A DNA stretch of 64,000 nt from Fibrobacter sp. (GTDB taxonomy: Bacteria > Fibrobacterota > Fibrobacteria > Fibrobacterales > Fibrobacteraceae), in contig JAFXRC010000072.1 of assembly GCA_017526585.1 (NCBI GenBank), positions 6,736 to 70,735 of the forward strand, read 5' to 3'. The notes beneath the pieces were generated by a model. That model did not search any database. It saw only the letters and a program-made list of their open reading frames with translations, and was not told the origin of the DNA. The translations under genes were made by a program, and so were the position numbers. Shown in pieces: positions 40,125-48,475 of the stretch (position 1 is its first letter; each line of letters starts with the position of its first letter).

Positions 40125-41957
40125 TTATTCAGAATCCTTTACGCAGCGGACAGACCCCTGCAAATATCGGAAATCATTTTTATCACTTTGAGACATTTTT
40201 TTTATAAATGCTGTATCATTTTCAAAAACAGCAGCATAGCCGTAGGTTCCACCAGACCAAGGAATATTCAATTCCTTTTCATATTTAATCCAATTTGCGG
40301 TAATAAAATTGGTGTAAGTAGTCTTTAGGGGAATAGCAGAAAAACCCGTTTCATTCGTCGATTGATTCCAGCCAATCTTAGATTCCAATGATTTCACATC
40401 ATACTTTTGCAATAAGGCTTTCCATTCTGTTGTATCCGGTATATGCCAATTTTCCATACAAATACCCCTATATGTTTGTGGGGCATCAACAGTGTCCAAT
40501 ACAGCAGAATTCATCGCAGATTCCCAAGAATATGTACACCCAAGTTTTTCAATGTTAGCGCAATTTGCCCCGGACACGCCATAGGCAAGATTTTCAGCCA
40601 TCCAAGTTTTTCCGTCAATCTCGACCGTACGATAAGATTGTCCATCTCGATTGTCTTTCACGGTTCCATATTCTACATCTTTATTAAAATACGATTCCTT
40701 TTCGTAATCAAGAAGCGTAGCCTTTTTCCAAGCTGGTGCCGAAAGCTCCGAGCACAAATCATTGGACAGAACAAAAGAACCATCAGGCTTATATTTTTCT
40801 TGAGAATCGAAACAATAATTCCATTTGCACAGATAATCAAAACCTTCTTTTTCTAGCATCATTTCATTATTCGACTCGACGCACCCGATTCCCATTTTAA
40901 TTTCACTTTCATAAGCCTTGCGCCATCTGCCACTATCGTAAACATAAGACACCGTAGAATCGGTTTTAGATTTCACCAATTTACCGTCTTCAACTGTATC
41001 TATCAGTTCTACACTGATGTCTATATCCGTCGCCTCGAACCACAGATACACACCGGAACCGGCTACGGCTTCCTTGCAGACTAGGATCTTTCCGTCATTG
41101 ACGGAGTTTTCGGCATGCACGGTATCAAGCATACCGGCAGTTTTTTCAGAGCATTCGCCCAAGCCGTAAATTTTTTGCCAGAAGTTGTAGATATAAGCCA
41201 GGAAAGGTCCGATTGTCGCATCGGGATATTTTTCCATCATGTGGGTCATCACGTTATCATAACTATATTGGATCGCAACTTTATCCGCAAGCTTGAGCAA
41301 CAATTCCGGCGTTACGCCAGCCGTAAGGTCAGCAATCATCTCGGTAACGGCAGCCTCGCCGCCAACCTTCAACACCATGACTGAAAGTGCAAGGAGCTTG
41401 TCATTATTGACGATGCTCGCGTTTTCAAAAGCAACTCCGGAATCATCGCCAAAGACAGCCTTAATCAGTTCAGATTCCGCCTGAGCCTTCGCCTCGTCGA
41501 AAGCCATGCCGGATTCTACCAGCGATAAAATCCGCTTGTGCGTAATGTGCGTACCGATATTGATATTGACTTTACTTTTCTCGTTTACATGCGCCACCGC
41601 CTTTAACGAAAGCGGATTAGACGAATTGCTTCCGGAAGTTTCCTTCCAGTAATATCCAGTCGCATCGAGCAACACATAAGGAGATTCTAGTTCCACCTTT
41701 CCAAGCGAGAATCCGCCATTATCACGATCAACAGTCCCGGTAAACACCCTGCCCGTCTGTGCAAAGGTTTCTGGGTTCAGTTCGTACAAGGTAACAGTCG
41801 TTCCCTTGACAAAGGGACCTTTCTCAACGACACCCTCGATACTAGCCGTAAACTGGTTCGGGTCTTCCGATGCGCCCGCCTGTGATGAACCATTAGAACA
41901 GGCTTCCAGTACAGCCAAAACGAAAGCAACATAAATCTTACAAACAGGTATTTTCAT
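40125..41957 (-). CDS. FISUMP lipoprotein, long form
   Basis: LEAC lipobox, GVVEKGPFVKG N-terminal domain, WMAENL, GICMENWHIP and VRCVKDSE. Confidence 0.9.
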   Translation of the reverse strand: MKIPVCKIYVAFVLAVLEACSNGSSQAGASEDPNQFTASIEGVVEKGPFVKGTTVTLYELNPETFAQTGRVFTGTVDRDNGGFSLGKVELESPYVLLDATGYYWKETSGSNSSNPLSLKAVAHVNEKSKVNINIGTHITHKRILSLVESGMAFDEAKAQAESELIKAVFGDDSGVAFENASIVNNDKLLALSVMVLKVGGEAAVTEMIADLTAGVTPELLLKLADKVAIQYSYDNVMTHMMEKYPDATIGPFLAYIYNFWQKIYGLGECSEKTAGMLDTVHAENSVNDGKILVCKEAVAGSGVYLWFEATDIDISVELIDTVEDGKLVKSKTDSTVSYVYDSGRWRKAYESEIKMGIGCVESNNEMMLEKEGFDYLCKWNYCFDSQEKYKPDGSFVLSNDLCSELSAPAWKKATLLDYEKESYFNKDVEYGTVKDNRDGQSYRTVEIDGKTWMAENLAYGVSGANCANIEKLGCTYSWESAMNSAVLDTVDAPQTYRGICMENWHIPDTTEWKALLQKYDVKSLESKIGWNQSTNETGFSAIPLKTTYTNFITANWIKYEKELNIPWSGGTYGYAAVFENDTAFIKKMSQSDKNDFRYLQGSVRCVKDSE

Positions 41958-41969
41958 AATAGTGCTCCG

Positions 41970-42101
41970 TTATTGGAGTGAAACTCGCCAGAAGAATGTA
42001 CCACTCGATAAAGAATTACTATCAACGGGCCTAACAGCAACCGTTATTTTAGCGTAATCAGTTCCAGAATAGTCATCGACATAGTAGATTCCGTTAGCCA
42101 T
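41970..42101 (-). pseudogene. 43-aa internally deleted paralog of the 38633-40093 beta-helix gene (in-frame minigene)
   Basis: MANGIYYVDDYSGTDYAKITVAVRPVDSNSLSSGTFFWRVSLQ* versus MAHGIYYVNDYSGTDFAKI...FFWRVSLQ*; same aaaaaaggagaa SD. Confidence 0.88.
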
Positions 42102-42129
42102 ATTCTTCTCCTTTTTTGCTTATAACAAC

Positions 42130-44037
42130 CTATTCAGAGTCTTTCACGCAGCGGACTGCAGCCGCCTCATAACTATAACCTTGCGTATATCTGGTCGTAC
42201 TCTGATATTGTTTCGAATACTTCTCATTTGTAAACGATACAGATAAACCCAAAAGAGAGCGTTTGAAAGGATAAAAAACCGAAGAACTAATCTCAGCATT
42301 CGATGTGGTAAAATCAGCCATAGCAGACTCATTATACCCCATAACATGCCCAGCTCCTGCCATATAATCTGTTGGCACCATGGAAAAACCGGTTCCATTT
42401 TTTCCAGAAAGCCATCCGGTTTCAGAAAGCAAATCTTCTAGACTATGGGCTTCGACAAGAGCATTCCATTCGGTCGTATCGGGAACATGCCATCCATCCA
42501 TACAAATTCCATGGTTATCTTTAAGAACGGTATCTTCTTCAGCAACAGACAAAGCAGCCTTCCAAGCGTAATCACAGCCAACCGTCAGGGAATCCTCACA
42601 CCTCGCTCCATCAGTAACATAAGCGAGGTTTTCGGCCATCCATGTTTTGCCATCAATTTTCACAGTCTTGTACACATGTCCATCGCGCTCATCTTTTACA
42701 GAGCCATATTTCACATCACTATTGAAATACGATTCTTTGGCAAAATCATGTATCCAAGCATATGTCCAACCACCTTTACAAATATAATCTGAGTTCAAAA
42801 CAAAAGTAAACACTCCATTTCGAGACTCCGTACATGCCTCACCCAACTTAAGTTCAACTTCAGTCGCTTCGCGCCAACCATCCTTGTCGTAGACATACGC
42901 CTTGTTAGGATTTGATATCGAAAAAATCAAACGACCATCTTCGACAGGCTCACAATTTTCAACAGAAAAATCTAAATCAGTCGCTTCGCGCCAGCCATCC
43001 TTGTCATAGACATACGCCTTGGTGGAATCAGCCACGGATCTGACAATTTTACCTTTCTCTACACCAACAAAACCCGCGGTGGAGATTTCCAAGTCCGTCG
43101 CCCAAAACCAGCGATACACACCTCCAACATCGCGGCAAACTAAAATACTGCCTCTAACGGACGATTTTTCAGCATTGATAGTATCAAGTAAGCCCTCCTT
43201 GGACTTGTCACATTCACCAATGCCGTAAACGCGTTTCCAGAACGATTCGATTTGATTTTCAAATAGTCCAATCTGCACATCAGGGAATTTTTCCTGCATG
43301 AACTCGCGGGCTTTACCATAGCTGGCATATTGCATTGCAGAGTTATCCGCCTGTTTGGTCAAAACCGCCTCATCCGTAAAGTTTTCCGAGATATTCGCCA
43401 AGGCTTCCGTGACATCGGCTTCCGAGCCAGACATCAGAACAATCAATGAAAGTGCAAGAAGTTTCTCGTTATCAAAGATGGATGCCTTTTCAAGTTCTGT
43501 CTTGGATTCTTCGCCGAAAAAAGCCTTCATCAATTCCGATTCCGCCTGAACCTTTGCCTTGTCGAAGTCCATTCCCGAATCGACAAGATCCAAGATACGC
43601 GAACTTGTCAGATGCGTTCCCACATTTATATTGATGTTACTCGATTCTTCTACATGGGCAATCGCCTTCAACTTTAGCGAATTATTCGACTTACGACCAC
43701 TCAGTTCACTCCAGTAGTATCCATTCGCTTCGACAAGCACATACGGAGACTCTAGTTCAATTTTTTCCAAAGCGAACGAACCATCATCACGATCGACAGT
43801 CCCGGTAAACACCCTGCCCGTCTGTGCAAAGGTTTCTGGGTTCAGTTCGTACAAGGTAACAGTCGTTCCCTTGACAAAGGGACCTTTCTCGACGACGCCC
43901 TCGATACTAGCCGTAAACTGGTTCGGGTCTTCCGATGCGCCCGCCTGTGATGAACCGTTAGAGCAAGCGACAAAACCTGCACCTGCCATCAGGAGCATCG
44001 CAGTCGCAATCAAGCAGTTTTTAAGGATCTTAGTCAT
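42130..44037 (-). CDS. FISUMP lipoprotein, long form
   Basis: FVAC lipobox, same N-terminal domain, duplicated KAYVYDKDGWREAT, WMAENL and VRCVKDSE. Confidence 0.9.
   Translation of the reverse strand: MTKILKNCLIATAMLLMAGAGFVACSNGSSQAGASEDPNQFTASIEGVVEKGPFVKGTTVTLYELNPETFAQTGRVFTGTVDRDDGSFALEKIELESPYVLVEANGYYWSELSGRKSNNSLKLKAIAHVEESSNININVGTHLTSSRILDLVDSGMDFDKAKVQAESELMKAFFGEESKTELEKASIFDNEKLLALSLIVLMSGSEADVTEALANISENFTDEAVLTKQADNSAMQYASYGKAREFMQEKFPDVQIGLFENQIESFWKRVYGIGECDKSKEGLLDTINAEKSSVRGSILVCRDVGGVYRWFWATDLEISTAGFVGVEKGKIVRSVADSTKAYVYDKDGWREATDLDFSVENCEPVEDGRLIFSISNPNKAYVYDKDGWREATEVELKLGEACTESRNGVFTFVLNSDYICKGGWTYAWIHDFAKESYFNSDVKYGSVKDERDGHVYKTVKIDGKTWMAENLAYVTDGARCEDSLTVGCDYAWKAALSVAEEDTVLKDNHGICMDGWHVPDTTEWNALVEAHSLEDLLSETGWLSGKNGTGFSMVPTDYMAGAGHVMGYNESAMADFTTSNAEISSSVFYPFKRSLLGLSVSFTNEKYSKQYQSTTRYTQGYSYEAAAVRCVKDSE
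42860..43021. repeat. 45-bp intragenic direct repeat with a 117-bp period
   Basis: 42860-42904 and 42977-43021, encoding KAYVYDKDGWREAT. Confidence 0.85.
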
Positions 44038-44860
44038 GGGACACCTCCCCCGTCTTGTGGGTCAATGGGAACAATTGCAGATTGACCCGGTAAACTTGAT
44101 TAATCTTCTTGTCTTCAGTCGCTATGGCGATAATCTTTCGACGGCACTCGTCCAGTTCCTTGACAATGCGCCCGTAAGAGTCTTCCGACACGCCGACAGT
44201 CACGCCGGTAAAATTTCGCTCCGTCACAGGCAGATCCAGAGCCTTCGCGGCAAGACCCGCCATTTCACGGTGCGCTCCACGAATCGCAAGGCGCGTCGCC
44301 TCGGTTGAGCCCGTCACAAACGATTCCGCCTGCGTGTAGGTTCCATCTTCGGACCTGAGCAGGAGCCCAGCCTTCGTCAAGAACTGCAAAGTTTTCTGCA
44401 CATCGGCGGCAGAAACATACGGATAACACATCTTCGCCATTTCGCCAGGAGTCGCTCCCGGCATCAGGGGCGCGAGCTCGCGCAGCGTAGGATTGCGCCA
44501 CGAATCGTAGTAGTCGAACACATCTTCTTCAAGGACGCGCACCCTGTGGTAATTGGCGATGGAGCGCATCTGTTCAAAAGCGGCCTTTTTCTTCTCGTCT
44601 GTCTCCGCTTGAGAAAATTCGACCATCGCCCTAAAATACTCCACCTCGAACCCGACAAGTCCCATCGCCTGCGCGGTGCGTTCCACGCCAACGCGACTCA
44701 GCTTGCTCTTGCCGTCGCAAACGACCTTCATGTAGGAGCAAGACGAAAAACCGGCAAGGTTCGAAAACTCCTTCCACGAGAACGCTGAGAGCCTCTTGCG
44801 CTCCTCGTAGAAGTCTCGCATATACTTGCGGTAATCTGTATATTCGATAATCGGTTTCAT
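44030..44860 (-). CDS. TIGR02147 family protein (putative HTH regulator)
   Basis: MKPIIEYTDYRKYMRDFYEERK..FSWKEFS..AGFSS and VYRVNLQLFPLT; overlaps the start of the first FISUMP gene. Confidence 0.88.
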   Translation of the reverse strand: MKPIIEYTDYRKYMRDFYEERKRLSAFSWKEFSNLAGFSSCSYMKVVCDGKSKLSRVGVERTAQAMGLVGFEVEYFRAMVEFSQAETDEKKKAAFEQMRSIANYHRVRVLEEDVFDYYDSWRNPTLRELAPLMPGATPGEMAKMCYPYVSAADVQKTLQFLTKAGLLLRSEDGTYTQAESFVTGSTEATRLAIRGAHREMAGLAAKALDLPVTERNFTGVTVGVSEDSYGRIVKELDECRRKIIAIATEDKKINQVYRVNLQLFPLTHKTGEVSHD

Positions 44861-44972
44861 ACTATTAAATATACCTTCGTCTAAAACTAAAAGCAACACT
44901 TTTATGCAATAAAATTCAATTATTTTAACAAAAATCGCCATTTTTTACTTACAAAAATTAAAAATATTTCTC

Positions 44973-44995
44973 ATATGCAATACACCATTGCATAT
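44973..44995. promoter_or_regulatory. Operator-like palindrome ATATGCAA-N7-TTGCATAT
   Basis: Perfect 8-bp arms; a degenerate copy GCAA-N7-ATGC lies at 44893-44907. Confidence 0.55.
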
Positions 44996-45095
44996 AGGGC
45001 AAAACTTATCGCCGAACCGAAAAATCTACTCGGCAACCGCCAATTTTTCTATCTATGAGGTGTTCAAAAACAATGTTTAGCAACGGAGCTCCGTC

Positions 45096-46673
45096 ATGTA
45101 CGATATTTTGGTCCTTGGTGCAGGCATTTCCGGTTTGAGCGCGGCAATTCACGCAGCGGAAAAAGGCCTTTCGGTAGTCATTCTCACTAAGGGAGCAAAG
45201 CCGGACGGATCATCAAACTACGCCCAGGGCGGTATCGCCACCGTTACCGAAAAGACGGACAAGTTCAAGTTCCATATCGACGACACGCTGGAAGCGGGTG
45301 CTGGGCTCTGCAAAAAGGAACCCGTGAACATCTTGACCAAGAGTGGTCCGGCGACCATTCAGCAGCTGGTGAAATGGGGCGTGCAGTTTACCCCCTCGCC
45401 TATCGACAAGAGCCAATTCGACCTGCACCTCGAAGGCGGTCACAGCCACCACCGCATTCTGCATGCGGCAGACTTGACGGGTAAGGAAATCATGCGTGCC
45501 CTGCTGTGCGAACTGCACAAGCACAAGAACATTCACTACATCGAAAACTGCTACATCAAGGACTTGATTTGCAAAGGCGAAGGCAAGTCCAAGCGCTGCG
45601 TCGGTGCAAAAATCATCCACCAGAAGACAGGCGTTGTCGAAGACCTTTACGCAAAAGCATCGATTCTTTCTACCGGTGGAGCCGGCCGCATCTGGCAGTA
45701 CACCGTTTGCCCCCCCGATAGCTGTGGCGACGGCATGGCGATTGCGGCACGCGCTGGAGCCGCGCTGCAGGACATCGAGTTCATGCAGTTCCACCCCACA
45801 AGCCTTTACGCCCCGCAACTCAAGAAGCCGTTCCTGATTTCGGAAGCGGTGCGCGGATTCGGCGGCATTCTCAAGAACTACAAGGGCGAAGAATTCATGA
45901 ACCAGGTGCATCCGCTGCACTCGCTCGCCCCCCGCGACATCGTGGCACGCGCTATCCATAGCGAAATGCAGCGACTCGGCAAACCGAACATGTTCATCGA
46001 CCTTAGCGGACGCACGCCGAAGGACATCAAGAGCCACTTCCCAAACATCTACGCCAAGTGCATGGAAGCCGGCATCGACATCACCAAGGAATGGATTCCC
46101 GTGGTGCCCGCCGCACATTACATGTGCGGAGGCGTACTGGTCGACACCTGGTCTAGAACCGAAATTAACGGCCTGTACGCCTGCGGCGAAGTCGCCGCGA
46201 CGGGCGTCCACGGCGCAAACCGCCTCGCATCGAACTCGCTTCTGGAAAGCGTCGTCTACGCCATCCGCGCGGTAGACAACATCTGCGAAAGCGGTCTGTT
46301 AAAAGAGAAAATTGTCCCGAGCAAGTCGAGCAAAAAAGAAAAGGTCACCTTCACCAAGGCTGCCTACTGGCGCAAGCGCAAGAAGCTTCTGCAGGACACC
46401 ATGTGGACGCACTGCGGCATCGTGCGCACCGTCGCAGGACTCAACCAGGGGCTCAAGGTCATCGAAGACCTTCAAAAGGACATCGATGCTGCCGTCAAGA
46501 ACAAGGAAACCGAGAATCTGCACTACCTTGAATTCCTGAACGCCCTGCAGGTTTCCAAGATGATCCTTACCGCAGCGCTCCGCCGCAAGGAATCACGCGG
46601 ATTGCACTACATTCTGGACTACCCGAATCTGGACCCGAAGACGAAGCACCACACGATTTATCTGGACAAATAG
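45096..46673 (+). CDS. nadB: L-aspartate oxidase
   Basis: GAGISG, AQGGIA, EGGHSHHRILH, QFHPT, HGANRLASNSLLE and ESRGLHY motifs. Confidence 0.96.
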   Translation: MYDILVLGAGISGLSAAIHAAEKGLSVVILTKGAKPDGSSNYAQGGIATVTEKTDKFKFHIDDTLEAGAGLCKKEPVNILTKSGPATIQQLVKWGVQFTPSPIDKSQFDLHLEGGHSHHRILHAADLTGKEIMRALLCELHKHKNIHYIENCYIKDLICKGEGKSKRCVGAKIIHQKTGVVEDLYAKASILSTGGAGRIWQYTVCPPDSCGDGMAIAARAGAALQDIEFMQFHPTSLYAPQLKKPFLISEAVRGFGGILKNYKGEEFMNQVHPLHSLAPRDIVARAIHSEMQRLGKPNMFIDLSGRTPKDIKSHFPNIYAKCMEAGIDITKEWIPVVPAAHYMCGGVLVDTWSRTEINGLYACGEVAATGVHGANRLASNSLLESVVYAIRAVDNICESGLLKEKIVPSKSSKKEKVTFTKAAYWRKRKKLLQDTMWTHCGIVRTVAGLNQGLKVIEDLQKDIDAAVKNKETENLHYLEFLNALQVSKMILTAALRRKESRGLHYILDYPNLDPKTKHHTIYLDK

Positions 46674-46682
46674 ACAAGGTAA

Positions 46683-47753
46683 ATGAGCGAAGCGAAGAAT
46701 ACAAAGCCTTCTAAAATTGGCGGATACACGCCGACGCAGGAACTCGGTTCCGGCGCCATGGGCAAGCTGTGGCTCTGCCACGACAAGTCGTTGGACCGCA
46801 TGGTCGTCGTGAAGCAGATGCAGCCTGACATCGAGGACAGCGACACCAATGTCCGCCGTTTCATGCAAGAAGGCAACATCCTTGCGCACCTGAACCACCC
46901 TGCCATCACCAAGCCCTACGCGCTCTGGAAAGAGAAGGATGGCAAGCTCTCGCTTTCGATGGAGTTCGTGCACGGACTCACGCTGCGTCAGATTCTAGAC
47001 AAGGTAAAGCAGCCGCCGCTGTGGGTGGTAGAAGCTATTTTGCATGAAATCCTCTGCGCCCTGGGAGAAGCCCACCGCAAAGGAATCGTGCATCGCGACC
47101 TGAAGCCCGCAAACATCATGATCGACAACGACGGGCGCATTCACCTGCTCGATTTCGGGATTGCACACACCGAATCGCCGCTGAATTTCAGCAAGGGCGA
47201 AGATGCCGAACGCCTCACACAAACGGGCGCCATCCTCGGTACAGTCACCTACATGAGCCCCGAACAGACCATCGGCGAAGAAGCCTCCCCCGCTTCGGAC
47301 CTGTTCGCCGTAGGCATCATCGCCTGCGAAATGCTGCTGGGGCAAAACATCTTCCGCGGCACAAGCTTCAGCGATACGGTGCAACGCATCCAGAAGCTCA
47401 AGGTCACCGAAAAGGCTTTCTCGAAAGAGTTGCCCAGCCGCCTAAAGAAGCTGATTGTCGCGTTGCTGAACAAGGATCCGCGTAAGCGTCCGCTTACCGC
47501 ATTCGATGCCGCTGAGCAAATTTCGATGGTCATGCGGAACCTGCCGCGAGACATAGTCCCCTACATGGCATCCTGGATATTTGCCATCAAGGATTCCATT
47601 AAACAGAAGACCGATTCCATCGACGAGACCCTGATCATCAATCCGCCGATCTACCCAGCGCATTTCAAGTTCCATTTCTTCAAGGGTGCCGCCGTCGGTG
47701 CCATCGTAGCTAGTTTGATTTCTTTTATTTTGTTTCAACTTGTCATAAAGTAA
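46683..47753 (+). CDS. Hanks-type Ser/Thr protein kinase with a C-terminal TM helix
   Basis: LGSGAMG, VVVK, HRDLKPAN, DFG and YMSPEQ motifs. Confidence 0.95.
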   Translation: MSEAKNTKPSKIGGYTPTQELGSGAMGKLWLCHDKSLDRMVVVKQMQPDIEDSDTNVRRFMQEGNILAHLNHPAITKPYALWKEKDGKLSLSMEFVHGLTLRQILDKVKQPPLWVVEAILHEILCALGEAHRKGIVHRDLKPANIMIDNDGRIHLLDFGIAHTESPLNFSKGEDAERLTQTGAILGTVTYMSPEQTIGEEASPASDLFAVGIIACEMLLGQNIFRGTSFSDTVQRIQKLKVTEKAFSKELPSRLKKLIVALLNKDPRKRPLTAFDAAEQISMVMRNLPRDIVPYMASWIFAIKDSIKQKTDSIDETLIINPPIYPAHFKFHFFKGAAVGAIVASLISFILFQLVIK

Positions 47754-47759
47754 AGCCAA

Positions 47760-48467
47760 ATGAATTCAATCGACATCGTCTGCCTCATCATCATCATGTT
47801 CTTCACGCTCATTGGAGTGTGGCACGGTTTTCTACGGGGCATTTTTAGGCTTCTCGCCTGGGCGCTCGGTATTGCTGGCGCCTACTTTGTAAACAGCCAC
47901 TTCTCCTCGACCATTTCCGAATCGTTACAGACAAGTTCCTTTTCTACGACACTCGTCTGCATATGCCTCGGATTCCTGATTCCCTTTCTCTCGTTGCTTT
48001 TTATAAGCCATGTCGTCAACAAGGCAATTACAGGAACCGTTGCAGGAAAGGCTGACCGCATTCTCGGCGGAGTTTTTGGAGTCGTCAAGGCACTCCTCAT
48101 CTGCTTCGTTCTACTCACCATTTTGCACATCCTACCCTTCGGCGGAGTCGTCCAGGAAACCCGCGACGATGCAATTGCCTACAGCGCCTACAAGGGAACC
48201 CTAGAAACCATGGGATACTCCTCCGAGCCCCTAGACCTCGTCGGTGTCGCAGAACGCAAAGCGGCCGAGTTCACGAAGAACATGGCGAACAAGGCAACAG
48301 AAAAGGCCGCCGAAGTCGCAAAGGAAAAGGTCAACGAAGCCATTCAGGAAGCATCCGAAAAGGCCGCCGACGCAGCCAAGGAATCCGTCCAGAAAGCATT
48401 GGACAGCACCATGCAGCAAATTTCAGACAAAGCTCCCGAACTCTCGGAGCAACTGCGAGCGGAATAA
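47760..48467 (+). CDS. cvpA: CvpA (colicin V production) family membrane protein
   Basis: IDIV..GVWHGFLR and DRILGGVFGVVK motifs; Ala/Lys/Glu-rich tail. Confidence 0.85.
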   Translation: MNSIDIVCLIIIMFFTLIGVWHGFLRGIFRLLAWALGIAGAYFVNSHFSSTISESLQTSSFSTTLVCICLGFLIPFLSLLFISHVVNKAITGTVAGKADRILGGVFGVVKALLICFVLLTILHILPFGGVVQETRDDAIAYSAYKGTLETMGYSSEPLDLVGVAERKAAEFTKNMANKATEKAAEVAKEKVNEAIQEASEKAADAAKESVQKALDSTMQQISDKAPELSEQLRAE

Positions 48468-48475
48468 GTCTTTAG

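Larger units (their letters stand above)
41721..43962. repeat. About 177-bp near-identical direct repeat (41721-41897 and 43786-43962)
   Basis: Both copies encode SNGSSQAGASEDPNQFTASIEGVVEKGPFVKGTTVTLYELNPETFAQTGRVFTGTVDRD; 4 mismatches by eye. Confidence 0.92.

Noticed and set aside
37592-44037. Diversity-generating retroelement acting on the FISUMP or FGE C-termini
   Set aside because: No reverse transcriptase or template repeat in the window. The near-identical repeat lies at the 5' ends of two coding genes rather than forming a 3' VR/TR pair. An element acting in trans cannot be excluded.
35378-44995. tRNA-integrated island or prophage
   Set aside because: No integrase or phage genes, no duplicated tRNA 3' end seen, and ppiD separates the tRNA from the AT-rich cassette
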